A stretch of 62,876 bases of DNA, counting the filler, from Sphacelaria rigidula (Eukaryota), in the NCBI GenBank assembly GCA_964200075.2. It is 11 parts of 11 records of this genome, joined end to end, with 100 filler letters (N's around TTAATTAATTAA, not from the genome) between each part and the next. Parts side by side here need not be neighbours in the genome. Positions count along the whole stretch, not along the records: positions 34,354 to 39,978 come from CAXNAA020025762.1; positions 40,079 to 45,703 come from CAXNAA020025763.1; positions 45,804 to 51,428 come from CAXNAA020025764.1; 8 more parts are not named here. One strand, 5' to 3'. Position numbers and translations under genes: made by a program. The notes below the pieces were generated by a model. The model was not told the DNA's origin. It did not search any database and was given only the letters and a program-made list of their open reading frames with translations. Below, in pieces: positions 37,601-50,269 of the stretch. Every line of letters begins with the position of its first letter. The first letter of the stretch is position 1.

Positions 37601-39978
37601 AACGTTCCTTGAATACACCATCTGTTGAAGCGTCTACTTCATGTTGGGTCGGTTCGGGGCGGGGTTGGCACGAAGCGGTGATTTCGGAATCAAGGGTGAG
37701 CCTACCAGTTGGTGCACTCTCAGACGGAACGTTAACGTCTACTCCTGCGTCGATTAGCGTGGAGGGTGTTGTGGTGGTGTTTGCAATATCATCACCACTG
37801 GAGGGGGGCACAGCCGTGGTTTCGGCTATGGTTAGCAGGGGCGGCACGGTCGGGGTTGATTTCCTGGGGGCCTTGCGTCGCGGAGGTTGCGGAGGCGCAA
37901 GGAAACTGCCGGGGACCGGGGTGGGGGCATGGGGGGGAAGGTCAAGACCTGATACGGCTAATTTGGTGGCCGTTTCGGCGGTCCGCCGTCCACGAGTCCT
38001 ACTCGAAATCAAATATCGAACTTGAACTGGTAAGACGGAGTCAGCAAAGGACGGTTCTACACCTGCTGTGAAAACCATACGCTGGTCAGTTGTACGAAAA
38101 TGATCATAGCCAACAGTATTCGTAGACAGTCCATGCCAAACTGAGTACAACGATTGAGGTTGCAAGCTGCCTAGAACTGATGCGTGGGCTGTGGTCGGCA
38201 GCCCACCCATGCCTAAAACCGGCGTTTCTCTCAGTGAAAGTGGTGTGTAGAGACCTCTATGTTCATTCCTGCTTATGAAATATACAATGTCTTCGGTGGG
38301 ATCGGTGATACGTCCCATGGCGGATTCATCGATACGTTGAGTTGGTGTGGGCAAGCGTGACAGGAACTCGGCGTTTGCATTCTGGGGACCTGTGCGGTAC
38401 TTCAGTTGAAAGTTGTAAGACGACAGGATTTCGAACCAGCGTTGGACCCTAGAGTTGTGTTCCGCCATTTTGGCAAGGCTTTCCAAAGACTTGTGATCGG
38501 TATAAATAAAAAACGGGATGTCATACAAATACTGACGCAGACGTCGCACGCCCCAATCAACTGCGCCGCCGTCTTGTTCCATAACAGACCAATTCTGTTC
38601 ATTCGGAAAAGTGGTGCGACTCAGATAGACAATGGGACGAACAGTAGCATCGACTTGCTCTTGTTTTAATGTGCAGCCAAACTCAATTTTGGAAGAATCT
38701 GTGTGAAGCCGGAAAGGGCGGGAGCCCTGGCCGCGGCCGACCAGTCGGGGAAGACGAGAATCGGCGGGCGCTAAAGGGTGTCGAGGAGGCGGCGGACGGT
38801 TTTTTCCATTTCCAATGTGAACACAAATTTCACCCCTTTTTGAGGAGGGTGGTGAGGGGTTTTGCCTTTTGGACAAGGTTCGGCAAGCATTGTCTATAGT
38901 AGCTTAGACCTCCCAACAAGGAACGCCGTTGAGAAATGTCCCGTGGCATGGGCATATAGGAGAGTGCGGCGACCTTGTCGAGGTTTGGGCTACGACCTTC
39001 GGGAGTGATGCAATGACCCAAGAACTCAATCTTCGTGGCGCCAATGCGGGATTTGGAGGGTGCGAGTTTCAAGTTGTGTTATTCAAACCGATTGAAGAAT
39101 GATGCCAACTGTTCGACGTGTTCGGCCGGTGTGGAGTCGTGGCACACCGCATCATCAAGGTACATATGACATTTCGGCAATCCATCAGTTACATGGAACA
39201 TTACACGTTGAAACGCACCTGGAACTCCGGCGACACCTTGTGGTGTAACCAACCACTCGTACAAACCTGATGGCGTGCAAAACGCCGTCAGTTCGATGGA
39301 ATTTGGATCCATCACGAGCTGGTGGTAGCCGGACTGCATGTCAAAGTTCGAAAAAACTTTACCCCCGCCAAGAGTCAATAATTTCATCAATCCGTGGAAG
39401 TGCCAGCCGGGCGATTTTGGTGACAGCGTTCAATCGTTGATAATTGACCGTCAGTCTGATTTTGCCATTCTTCTTACGGGCGACTACTAAAGGCGAGGCC
39501 CACGGAGACATCGAGTGCCGAATCAAACCGGCAGATAAGTAACCATCGAGAATTACCTGGATCTTATCCGCTAAAAGGGGGTTCGTACGGTACGGACGTA
39601 TAGCGATAGGCGGAGTGCCATCAGCAATCTTGATCTTAAACGGTGTCGTGGTACATCGACCTAACTGCAAGGGTGCAGTAGAAAGCCGTTCAGAGTATCT
39701 AATCAAGATGGATCTCAATCTATCGATTACAGTGGGTGTCCAACCATCGCCAGATAGATCAAAAACAATATGCCGTAAGTGAGGGGGAATGTCATGCCAC
39801 AACTTTTGAAAACTGGCGCGTTGTTCTGGAGAAAATCTATCCAGTAATGGAGTTGGGGGTTGAGGGTCAGGCGCATCCGGTGGATTTGTCACCACCGTGG
39901 GGTCAGACATGTGTAGCGGAGGGGGGCTCGTGGATTTCGGGGGGCTGGTCGGCGAGTTGTTGTTCGCCGGGGGGCACA
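34635..39978 (-). mobile_element. Ty3/gypsy LTR retrotransposon pol (RT-RNase H-integrase-chromodomain-like) plus 3' UTR, inactivated copy A
   Basis: SPWASPLVV...RLTVNYQRLN, GYHQL...TAFCTPSGLYEW...YLDD (RT), FRLHTDSS...IYTDHKSL (RNase H), H-H-C-C finger, TDRFSR...SDKGPHF...NGGTERVN (integrase). Gypsy order. Multiple frameshifts and stops. Confidence 0.95.
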
Positions 39979-41204
39979 NNNNNNNNNNNNNNNNNNNNNN
40001 NNNNNNNNNNNNNNNNNNNNNNTTAATTAATTAANNNNNNNNNNNNNNNNNNNNNNNNNNNNNNNNNNNNNNNNNNNNGTGGTGTTTACTGTTTTGTGGT
40101 GGGGGGGGGGGGGGGGGGGGGGGGGGGACTTTCGTAGAAAGTATCGACGGCGGAACATAGCGTGTTGGAAAACCCGAAACCTCTGGCCTGATCACGAGTT
40201 CTGTACTGCTGCGTAGCTTGTTATTTTGACAACAGCAAGAAAAAATAAGAAGGTATCGCCGTTCGGTTAATTTTGAACGTATGAAAAGCTCAGGATAAGA
40301 CCAACTTGTATGGAAGCCAATCCCGAATCGGGCGGGACCCGAATCTGTGCCAAGTCGGGGGGACCCAGATTCATGAAACTCAGATGCGTGTGTACCCCTG
40401 TATGACTTCACAGATTTGTTGAAGTTGTTCTGTACACGAGCGGTCATTTTCTGGGCGGGTGTGGTATCACAGAGAAGTCTAAGAACAGGCAGGCAGGGAA
40501 TCATCCCTCAAGAGCAGCGTCGTATCGTGGTACCCTCGGGTATGATGCAGTGCAGTACACTGAATAATCGCACAGTACACGATAATGCCGTGTGGTAATA
40601 CATGATGGTACAGTTTGTATTGCGAGAACAGTGCACAGTGTGCGGCAAGAGTTGACGAGTCCAGTGTCACTCATCACCCTGCAACAACCGCGACAGCGGA
40701 GTGTAGGATAGTGCAGTACCGTTCGTTATGATTACACGTACAGCAGCACAGTGCAGCATAAAAAATTGCCATCATCGCAGGGTACGGCGTCAACACTTCT
40801 TATCCGCTTGTCAAACCCCGTGCGGAGCTGCTTCAGCAGCCGGCGGTCGCAGGCACTGCCTGTGCTGTCACTAGACTGTCTGCTGCTGCTGTTGTTGCAA
40901 AAAAACCAAACGCCTGTTGCCCCATCACTGTACGTCAACATACGTACGTCAGTTGCTACAGATTCGGGGGACCTCGATTTCTCACGGATATGAGCTCAAC
41001 ATTGTGTCAAACCGTTCTCAAATCGTGACAAACGAATTTGAGCTTTCCCGATTTGTGCCAAATTGGGGTCTATACTATGCGTTTCCGGATCTGAGGTCCC
41101 CTGCACTGCGTACAGATCCGTTTTGTCGACCACCATACAAGTCGGTCTAAGAACTGCCAGGTGACTTATCCGTACAGTACCACCATTTTTTTGTATCTTA
41201 TGTG

Positions 41205-41573
41205 GCATGTGTTGTCGTGTGTCGTCGTTCCATGTATTGTGGACGCCGGTCTACACCTTTTGATATATATGGGCGCACCAACCGGGGTTACATAAGAGGA
41301 AGGCCAACACAGGACTTTTTTTTCTCTCTTGTTTGTTTTTTAGTACTCCGCCTTCCTTCTGCGGTGCTTGCCCTTTTTTTTGTCATCACGAGAGGGGTCC
41401 AGCAGTCCCTTTTCCTTGTCGAGAATTAAGTCGAATTTCTGTACCCACGATATGGTCGCGCTCAACTTTTGGCCATTGTGTGAGATGAAATCCCAGATCG
41501 CTCCGAGATTCGAACCCACGACCCAAGCGTCAGAAAGTTTCGAGGTTACCGACTGAGCCACCGGGGCGACCGG
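41205..41573 (-). mobile_element. tRNA-derived SINE, near full length
   Basis: Minus strand 5' CCGGTCGCCCCGG-TGGCTCAGTCGG (A box)...GGTTCGAATCTC (B box), followed by a tRNA-unrelated body shared with 6762-6992. The 3' boundary is approximate. Confidence 0.8.
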
Positions 41574-42960
41574 CTTCATACAAAGATAATCCGGCTCACG
41601 TTTTATGTGACGCTTGATTCTCACCTTCCGGCAAAGCCTCATAATTATATCGTGTGATGAATGCAGATCTTCAATATTGTCTCTCCCTTGTTCCAAGAAA
41701 CCCCCAGAACCCCACCCCACCCCACCACAAACTCCCACATCCCGATTAATGATTTTTTTTGTTTCCAACTCGGGCAATGATGTCAATACAACACAAGAGG
41801 GTATGTTGATGTCTGATGAAGGAACAGCGCGTTGCGTGTCATGTCTGTCTGTGCAACTGATGGTCCAGGTCGGCTTGATCGATACCGTGTTGTTTGCTAT
41901 ACATAGTGCGGTGTAGTATTGTATATATATATATATTTATATCGTATCGTATCACGGTTGCTCAGTAGTTCAAAAGTGGGAATTTGTATATATATTTATA
42001 TGTGTACTGCGTCTCTCCTAGATGTGGTGTGCGCAGTCAACCGTGCCTCTCCTTGCTGTAACACACGTGCGTGTTAATGTCATGGACGGGAACGGGGGGC
42101 ATGGCGATGTCAACATATGACCTCATTAATAAACCCTGTTGGGACGGGACGCCCCACTAATCAGAGGTGATGACCTGGTGTGCACGCAGGGTCCATTTGT
42201 GAATCGGCATCATTTACGGTCGTTTACAAGTGAAAATCATGCCGGTTGACAATGGACCCTTACCCGCGGTTAGTCCGCTCCGGTCCCGAAAGGGTTGATA
42301 CTAGTAATACACATCCTTCGAACATATATCGCGAAGGGGGGCAAGGCCTGGTCTGAAACCGTACAGTATGACAGCAAGTTTGTGTCTTCCGATTTTATTT
42401 CCGGTACAGTATTTCTGTGTTGAGGAAAGCTGCCGTTCAACTGTCGAATAATGCATGGAATTCCTGTTGTCAGTGACAAACGTGATGATTCTGGGGAACA
42501 GAAAGGTAGGATGAGCTGTCTATCTTTGTCGTGGCCGTGTGATCACGTCAGTCACTATCCACGGTGTTGTTACGTACCCCTCGCGTGAACGATAATGCCT
42601 CCGTCGGAACCCCCGGAGAATAAACAAATGCCCGGAGGTGCAGGGTACCGAGGGAAAACCAGTTCTTGTACGGCTTGTAGAAAAATAAGTCGTTTTGAGA
42701 TGAGATTCACGTAGTGCTGCAGATGAGGAGCGTTTCATTGTTTCCGCGAGTGATGGGTAACTCTGTGATCGTACTGTAGAAGGAGTAGAAGGTTTTCTGT
42801 CTGTTGTCTCTTCCTTCGTCGCTTCGTGGCTGCCCTTCCTCGAATTTCCCTCAGCCTTTTTTTTTCATGATGTACCTTCGGTACGTTCATCTTGAATCTG
42901 ATGACCACGGCCGGGTTCGTGTCGTGTCTGTTAATGTACGACACTCACATCAATCATGAT

Positions 42961-43047
42961 GGGGGGGAAGGGGGGGGGTACTACTGACCACGCATTGCCG
43001 TAGTGATGTGACCATTGACCTCGCATCCATGCCGGGTTTTCGCCGGA
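42961..43047 (-). mobile_element. 3'-end fragment of poly(C)-tailed LINE-related family
   Basis: Reverse complement GGATGCGAGGTCAATGGTCACATCACTACGGCAATGCGTGGTCAGTAGTA-(C)9TT(C)7. Confidence 0.7.
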
Positions 43048-43394
43048 CCACGCTCGCAATGAATCACCAAGCGCAAAACACCGTGATGTGTTCGGCGAGT
43101 TGCATCAAAAATGAGGATTCATGGGCTTGTATGCGCGTGAGTTACACGCGTTGCGAAAGCGGTGTGAAATGATGTGTAACATCCACGCAGCATTCAAAAT
43201 GAAATTTCCCGCCTCCAGCGACGCTCAAAAGTGGCTCTTCAAGGTGGCAAGAAGTGCCTCAAAACCTCCCCTTCCCCCTCCCCGTCCCCCTCACTCGTAG
43301 AATCACTCTCGCTACGATGCACACCATTCATGAGTTCCCCGCGCCGCCCGAACCCGTCCCTGTATGTGCCGTTTTTGTTTTCCCATTCTCTCTT

Positions 43395-43443
<49 letters not shown>

Positions 43444-43473
43444 TGCTGTTTGTTGCCCACACCCCAAGCGCAG

Positions 43474-43600
43474 GTCGTTCAGCAACCTGCAGTGCTTCCC
43501 GTCCTTGCAGACGCTGGTGTTGGATAAGAACGGTCTCTCTGGTATCAAGGACTGTCCCGCCATCCCCACGCTGACCACGCTGTGGTTCAACAATAACAGG
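43474..43600 (+). CDS. Internal exon of a leucine-rich-repeat protein (LRMDA/U2A'-like LRR type)
   Basis: SFSNLQCFPSLQTLVLDKNGLSGIKDCPAIPTLTTLWFNNNR contains two LxxLxLxxN repeats. A (CTGT)n pyrimidine tract and CAG acceptor precede it, and a GTGGGT donor follows. Confidence 0.75.
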
Positions 43601-44194
43601 GTGGGTGGCACAGGCAGCACATGGGCATAAGCACACTCGCGCACGGCCGAAGGGCCTAACCGACCACGCATGAATTAAAACAAACGGGATGTTTTGTATT
43701 TGTCCATGATCGATAGAGTGACAGATTGATTAATTGATTGTCGCACCCTAACTGGTCCCCCGGGGATTCAGCCGTGGTGGAGTGATGTACGTATGTATCC
43801 GAGTAAAAAAAAGAAAAACAGCACGAAAACAGTCGCTGAAAACAAAACAAAACAGAAAGGTATAATAGGCAAACGGAGTAGAGACAAAAAAAAAGGAGAA
43901 ATAAGAAAATAAGTGCAGGAAATTGGAGAAAAAAACAAAACAAAGCAAGGACCGATGATAAAAGAAAGGAAAAAAAATAGGAATGATCGCACTCTCGATA
44001 TACATACATGAATATATGTCTACAATGTCCACATACACCTTATATTCGGAGCTTTTTTTTCCCTCCTCTTTTCTTCTTCCTATCGATAGGCAGATGTTGC
44101 CATTTTTGCACACCCTGAACAATGGATTATGTTGGGTCAGAAAGAGTACTGCGTAAAGTATCGAGTACTGCGTCTATTGCAATAGGCAGTAGGT

Positions 44195-45703
44195 CAGGGT
44201 TTAAAGTCGAAGCAAAAAAACTTCGATTTCACATCGCGATTAATTGAAGATTCCAGATATCGCGAAATCGCGATACTCGCGATCTCCGATGTTCGATTTC
44301 GGAGGATCCTGGGGGCAAAAAAGGCGCCAAAGTCGAGTCTCTTTCACTGAGATGGTAGTTCTCTCGGCGAGGGATTCGTTACTCACCTCTAATTTGGCCA
44401 TTTCGGGGTATTACTTATCGATATTTGCCTCCTTTCACTTGAATTTAGTATAGACCTGCGCCGAGATGAAAAATTCATTCCCGGTTGAAAAAGTGAAATA
44501 CCAGAAAACTATTCACTATCACTGGTTTGTTTTACCTTGATCAAATGAGGTCGACACAGTTGCATGCTGGGAGCGTGTCACATGTCATCATTTCACAGTC
44601 AGTATAGTCGGCTGCTTTTGGTAAGGTGTCACACTCAACCTCGCCGGTTGAGACATGTGTGGAAGCTGAGACCCTGCTGTTCGCCTTTCGTCCTTCAACC
44701 AAAAACGGATGCCTGAGGAAGTGGAAATAACTCGAAGTGCTCATCGTCAACTGCCACCAACCTCTGGATGAACTACATACGCCCACGTACGAGAAAAGAC
44801 AGCCCATAGGACACAAGGTAGAGCAAAGCGCAAAGAGCACCGACCACACGAAGCCCCCAACGGAGTAGCGAAGCCGGTGCTTGCTCGGTTCTGCCGCAGT
44901 GTGTTGATACACTTCGCGCAACTACTCGAAAAGCTGCTGTTTGCCCGACAAAAGCCAAAATCTATGTTGCTCAGTGAAAGCTGCGACCCCGAGGCAATCA
45001 ACGAGCGCAACCGTATCACTTCCGCGTCTCCCCCATCTTCCACCCTACACCGTGACATCTGTACAAGGAGAAAATATCAGCGTGTCCACCATCTCCGTTC
45101 CCAGCCTGTTGCGCAGCTTGGTCACGGTATGGCCGGCAATGCTGAACACCCTCTCGGACCCGGCAGATGAGGCTGGCTGGCACTACCAGATAGATACACG
45201 CCGTCTTGAATAGCATGAGGTAGGTCGCCTTGCGACTGAACCACCAATCCAACACCTCCTGGGATGAAGCGCGCCCTGGCAGCCCCTCTCCATCCTCGTC
45301 CCTGCAGAGCTCATATTCCACCATATCTTCATATTTATTTTGACGGCTCGCCGGGTCCCTGACACGATTATTTTTGGACGTCTTCGACACGCCAGCCTCG
45401 TGCTTTTTGGGTATTCTTACGAGGACGAGGTTGCTCTCGGTGTGGAGCCGCTGGCGATTGTCTAAGAGAGCTGCCGCCGCTGGCGATGCTTTTTGTTCGG
45501 CCTCTCCCGCCGATTCCCCCATCGGCTTCGCTCCGATCGGCGTCGGCCGCGAGCTCTTGCGTCACCCTGGATTCCACCCAGTTCGAAATACGGCAATTTT
45601 CACGATCGACCGGAGCGCCTTCTGCTCGACGTATCCGATTTGGTCTCCGCGCTCGTCAAGATCGGGTGTGGCCCACTCCGTCTCTTTGGTGCGGGGGGGG
45701 TGC
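44195..45703 (-). mobile_element. hAT DNA transposon 3' part: transposase C-terminal dimerisation domain (pseudogene, ~45060-45703) and terminus
   Basis: VLDWW...TYLMLFKTACIYLVVPA/SSAGSERVFSIAGHTVTKLRNRL (hAT dimerisation motif, one frameshift). CAGGGTTTAAAG terminus at 44195 with subterminal TCGA/TCGCGA repeats. Confidence 0.85.
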
Positions 45704-45803
45704 NNNNNNNNNNNNNNNNNNNNNNNNNNNNNNNNNNNNNNNNNNNNTTAATTAATTAANNNNNNNNNNNNNNNNNNNNNNNNNNNNNNNNNNNNNNNNN
45801 NNN

Positions 45804-46054
45804 GGATGCGAGGTCAATGGTCTGATGAATATAGCACGCATGATCATGAGTACACCCCCCCCTGCCCTCCCTCGCTCACCCTTAATGGTCTGATGACTAC
45901 GGCATACAAGATCATGAGTACACCCCTCCCCTTCCCTCCCCAAGCCTGTTTCCGCAAAAACCCGGTGTGCCCCATCCCGGCTTTGTAGGGATGTGAGGTC
46001 GACGGTCATATGACTTCGACATGCAAAATCATGAGTAAACCCTCCCCCGCCCCC
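45804..46054 (+). mobile_element. Three head-to-tail 3'-end fragments of the poly(C)-tailed LINE-related family
   Basis: Units end ATCATGAGTA(C/A)ACCC... at ~45853, ~45921 and ~46038, each followed by a C-rich tract. Confidence 0.75.
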
Positions 46055-46461
46055 TTCGTAGCACACTCGAACTCAATTTTACCGAAGCGCACAGCCAGCA
46101 TTGCTGGAGGAGAAGCTCATCTATCTACGAGCAAGACAGTTGAAATCCACGATAGATCCCCGACGATAGAGTTATGCATCGGTGTCATGAGGGCACCATC
46201 GCTGTCGAGTTAGTCAAGTTTCGAAAAAGTGACGCTGAGGAATATAGTAACAAAAAACGGGTGTTACGGTGTGCAACTCGTCCAACCATGATCCAGGCAA
46301 GAGAACGCAAAGTGCCTGCATTTAACCTGATACTTACTTGGTAAAGGATACGGGTGGTAGTACCAAATCGCCTCCCTCCGATAATGCACAGGCTCGGGAT
46401 TTGTGCCGTAGTCGGCATTGAATATCCACGAAATCAATAGATATGAATGTCTACAGCACAA

Positions 46462-46600
46462 GATTCATGCTGCGGTAGGGGGCTGCACATTCGGGCCCAA
46501 ATCTTTCTCATTCAGGGGGCTCCTACAGCTAGGAGCTACACAAGAATAAGGGTTATGGCATTCCCCGTTTTCTGATTAGTTCAGGATATCCTGAGCAGGA
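46462..46600. mobile_element. Degenerate Sola-like element end
   Basis: GATTCATGCTGCGGTAGGGGGCTGCAC...TTCAGGGGGCTCCT...CAAGAATAAGGGTTATGGCATTCC resembles the reverse complement of 22975-23108. Confidence 0.5.
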
Positions 46601-46827
46601 GCGTTGATACTAATGCGTCGTAATTGTAATGGGAATCCTCAGAAATTTACGTCCTTGCGATTCCCAAAAGCCAGTTCTGACTCTGCGATTGGTAGCAGGC
46701 AAGATAATAAGAATATTCAGGAGAGATAAAAGAGAAAAAAGGAGGAGGGGAAGGAGAATGGCAATAACAGAAATGTGGATGAGTAATCAATCTTTATAAC
46801 ATCAATTATTTTCCGAGATGTGCGCAG

Positions 46828-47043
46828 CTTCGACAAATGAGGATCAACGAACTGGGCAAGAAGGTGGCGGACTGGGAAGTGAAACTGAAGCAGCAGCAGC
46901 AGCTCTACGAGAGCGTAAGGAGCGACCGCAACCTGTACAGCAAAAACCTCATCGAGGCGCAGGACGAGATAGCCGAGATGAAACGGAAGCTCAAAATCAT
47001 GAACCATCAGATAGAGCAGCTAAAGGAGGACGTCACCGCGAAG
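46828..47043 (+). CDS. CFAP58: Cilia- and flagella-associated protein 58, internal exon (1 of 3 seen)
   Basis: KLKQQQQLYESVRSDRNLYSKNLIEAQDEIAEMKRKLKIMNHQIEQLKED is the conserved CFAP58/CCDC147 segment. CAG acceptor, GC donor. Confidence 0.92.
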
Positions 47044-47322
47044 GCGAGCATTTGCTAAAGTGGCTACGGTAATCGAATCTTTGGATCGATCACACGTGTT
47101 GTTTGGAGCAGTGGCCTTTGGGACTTTTATGTAAAGCAAACGAACAAGAACCACCAGCCTCTCGAATCGATAACCTATTATTTGAGAAATTTAGAGACGT
47201 TTCTCCCGGGCGTGTTCCCCCGAGCCGATGGTGGCATTCACCGTATGCTTGTGCTACCGGGGGAGAGATGGGTTGGTCCCCACGGGCTCATCCCGAGGAA
47301 GGGGGGAGTTCAAAGTGCGACA

Positions 47323-47368
47323 AATAATAATAATAATAATAATAACAATAATAACCATAATAATAACC

Positions 47369-47429
<61 letters not shown>
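47323..47429. repeat. (AAT)n microsatellite in CFAP58 intron
   Basis: About 35 trinucleotide units with a few variants. Confidence 0.95.
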
Positions 47430-47433
<4 letters not shown>

Positions 47434-47781
47434 CGTGCTACCTTTGAAAGAAACAAAATGACAGACACTGTCGTCGCCTGTTCCCGTTGGTTTTTGTTCT
47501 AAAGGCATTTGTAGTACATGCCGCTCACATTTTGAGCTTTAATACTGTGCAGCGGTTCTTGTCGTTCGCGCGGACTTCTTACCCGAAGCTCTGGTGTGCC
47601 CGAAGTTTTATGGCGCGCGATACCACTAGGTTTTCAGACAGACTGGCGTTCCTACTCTCATGCCTTCAGTTTCTCTCCCTATCTAAGGAATACATGTTCA
47701 TGCATTTCACAAAGAATGACGTTCGCTCATTGCGTGCCTTGGTTTCTCCCGAAATAATGTTGGGTATCACTCAATGAGCAG

Positions 47782-47907
47782 GACCATGCGCTGGTGAAGG
47801 AGCATTTCGACCACCAGAAAGCGGAGACGCAGAGGGAGCAGATGCGCAACGAAATCGACCGCATGAAGCGACTGCTCGAGAGCAACGATAATGTAGTGCA
47901 CAAGCAG
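47782..47907 (+). CDS. CFAP58: CFAP58 internal exon (2 of 3 seen)
   Basis: DHALVKEHFDHQKAETQREQMRNEIDRMKRLLESNDNVVHKQ. CAG acceptor and GTACGA donor, phase 0/0, continuing the coiled coil. Confidence 0.88.
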
Positions 47908-49752
47908 GTACGAGCACCACCAGTACTGGAAAGTAAAGGAGATAAGACGTCGACACATCGTGCCAGTAACTGTTTTGTCGCCGGCTGGAAGAGGAGTTGC
48001 TGTATCCCGTCGTCAGAAACTAAGCGCATCTCACCTGAAAAATGGGTATTGTCATATTTAAATCAATCCTGTGTGTGTGTATGCGCTCGTCTTTTTTCGT
48101 GACGTGTGGGGTTTCATCTGTGCTATCCGTGTATGCAACCGCTCATGGAGAGACCGACTGGTTGTCGCAGATTTATTGATTCGTGTGAGATTGAGCGTCG
48201 CACATCGGCTGATTCGCGGCTAATCCAACCGTAGTTCTCAGGTAGGCGGACCCAAGAGGAAGTGAAGTGAAACGTTCGCCGAAGAGAAAACACTCGAAAA
48301 TGAACGGGGGAATGGTGAACGATGAGCAGAAATAATAGAAGAGGAGACAAATTGTTGTGAGTGAAGCGGAAGGGGAAATTATTCAGAAGAAGAAAGCAAG
48401 AACACCGCCAGGCGAGGATCTGGTACACGTCGCGGGAAAACCCGGCGTGGGCCCCGACCAGAGCTTCTCTTAAGCAGGTCGTAGAGAAGCGACGCCGTGG
48501 AAGTAGGTGGCGACTGAGCTACCTGGAGACTACACCGCCTGAGCAGAAAGTCTCACCCGCCGGCTCTGGCGGAACGATACACAACCACCTATCTTCCTCA
48601 GAGAAGAAGAAAAAAACGAAAAAGTAAAGGCTATCTATGTACAGTAGAGGTAAATATCTCAGCGAAAGTACGCCCAAGGCAAACCTACGCGATCGTAAAA
48701 AATTCTGCTCTTGGGGTATCCATGACATGTGGAACGGTGCCCGAGGGTATGCAGAGATGAAAAATCCGTTAGTGAATTCCGCAAGCTTTGACATATGGAA
48801 GAAAATTAAATAATCCAGATCCATTGCTTGAGCGCAAGTGGAATATATGGCCCGGCCGATATGTGGAAAGCAGCTACAAAAAAAACAACGTTCCGCGCAA
48901 TATATATATACTCTACCTAAGTGATCGATATCAAGCAAACTCTTGGGAGATTTCAAAATTCCTCCTTGGGCCTGAATATCCCAAAAACTCAAACAAACAA
49001 ATAAACAAGGATTCACTCCGAGGGTAAACTTCCTGCGTTCCCGCATATTCAGAGTAAGCCTCGGTTGATCTTCTGTGATGGACCGCGACGTACTCGACAA
49101 AAGCGAGCTTGTCACCCACGGCTATTTCATCAGAGTTGTTTCGAGGCTCTGGTTAGCCTACATGCCAGGTTTCAGAACGATCGCATCTGATCTCCGTGCG
49201 ACATGGTCGGGGGGGGGGGTTCTCCGAACGCTCGACATGTTGCACTTTTCCGCCGCGCCAAAAACGCAGTCATTTGTCCAGCGTAGCGGCACGTGCAGTG
49301 CTCTCGATACGGAGATTAAGAGAGTATGACCTTCTTCAGGGTACGTGAAAGCCAAGACGTCGAACATTGTAGCGAACATTCCCGCGACTCCAGCAGCCCA
49401 AAAAAACGTGACTGCGCCGTACCATTCGCGGTGTGAACCTTAGCAAGAGTACGTGTTCCCTTTTTCTCCTCCTCCGCCCCGGAGGGCGGCGTATCGGCCT
49501 CGCGCGTCACCGTGGCAGTTCCTGAGCACTTGTAGCGTCCTTGAAACGTGGAGGCCCCTGATTGCACCGCGTGGGCCCCGTGCCCCAAGCCATTAGGAAT
49601 CGAGGAGATGAAAAAGACCTATTTTTCATGAACCTATGTTCTCCAGTACATCGCCACCGGCAGGCGGGGCCCCCCTCCCCTAAGCTAGAAAAACTCGCGC
49701 TCAAGATGAATCTCCTCAGGCGGGTTACGAAAACCTCGAGCAGCGACCGTCA

Positions 49753-49899
49753 GAGCAATGCCACGGTAAGGGGTGCACTTATTTCATTCTGAGGCTCTTT
49801 GTTGTACGAGCCCCTCGGTGACAAATATCTGGGCCTTATCAGTGTGCGGCCTCAGATTAACCTTTGGACTGAAGTGCACCCCCGGCCGTGGCATTACTC
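49753..49899. mobile_element. 147-bp Sola-like MITE in CFAP58 intron
   Basis: TIRs GAGCAATGCCACGGTAAGGGGTGCAC / GTGCACCCCCGGCCGTGGCATTACTC. 4-bp flanks GTCA / TTCA (one mismatch). Confidence 0.78.
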
Positions 49900-50188
49900 T
49901 TCACCCGGGACATTCACGCAGCGTGTGTTCCGTTAGATCAAAGGGAATGACCAAAGGGTTGACGTGCGTGTCGGTAGTGACTCTATATGTATCGGTACGT
50001 GACAAAAAAAAACGGTATTCCCGTCGAAATGATGCGCTACATAAGCGAATGTCTCCGTTACAGATCTAGTGCAATTCCCCGCGCATTTTCCCCCTCTCTC
50101 TTCCTGCGCGATACACGTTCTCTTTTGTCTGCCCCCTCGCCCCCACCCTCCTCCTCTCTCTCAATTCAAAAATACCCGTCAAACTTAG

Positions 50189-50269
50189 GACGCCGAAGTT
50201 CGAAGGTTAGCCGGTATGCTGAGCAGAATGGACGAGGATGCCCTCAAGCAGAGGAAGGAGTACGACCAG
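50189..50269 (+). CDS. CFAP58: CFAP58 internal exon (3 of 3 seen)
   Basis: DAEVRRLAGMLSRMDEDALKQRKEYDQ. TAG acceptor after a pyrimidine tract, GTATCT donor, phase 0/0. Confidence 0.85.

Noticed and set aside
41490..41573. tRNA gene (A and B boxes on minus strand)
   Set aside because: No convincing acceptor stem or cloverleaf. It is joined to a body shared with 6762-6992, so it is a SINE head.
47182..47508. Poly-Asn / poly-Ile ORFs
   Set aside because: These are translations of an intronic (AAT)n microsatellite.
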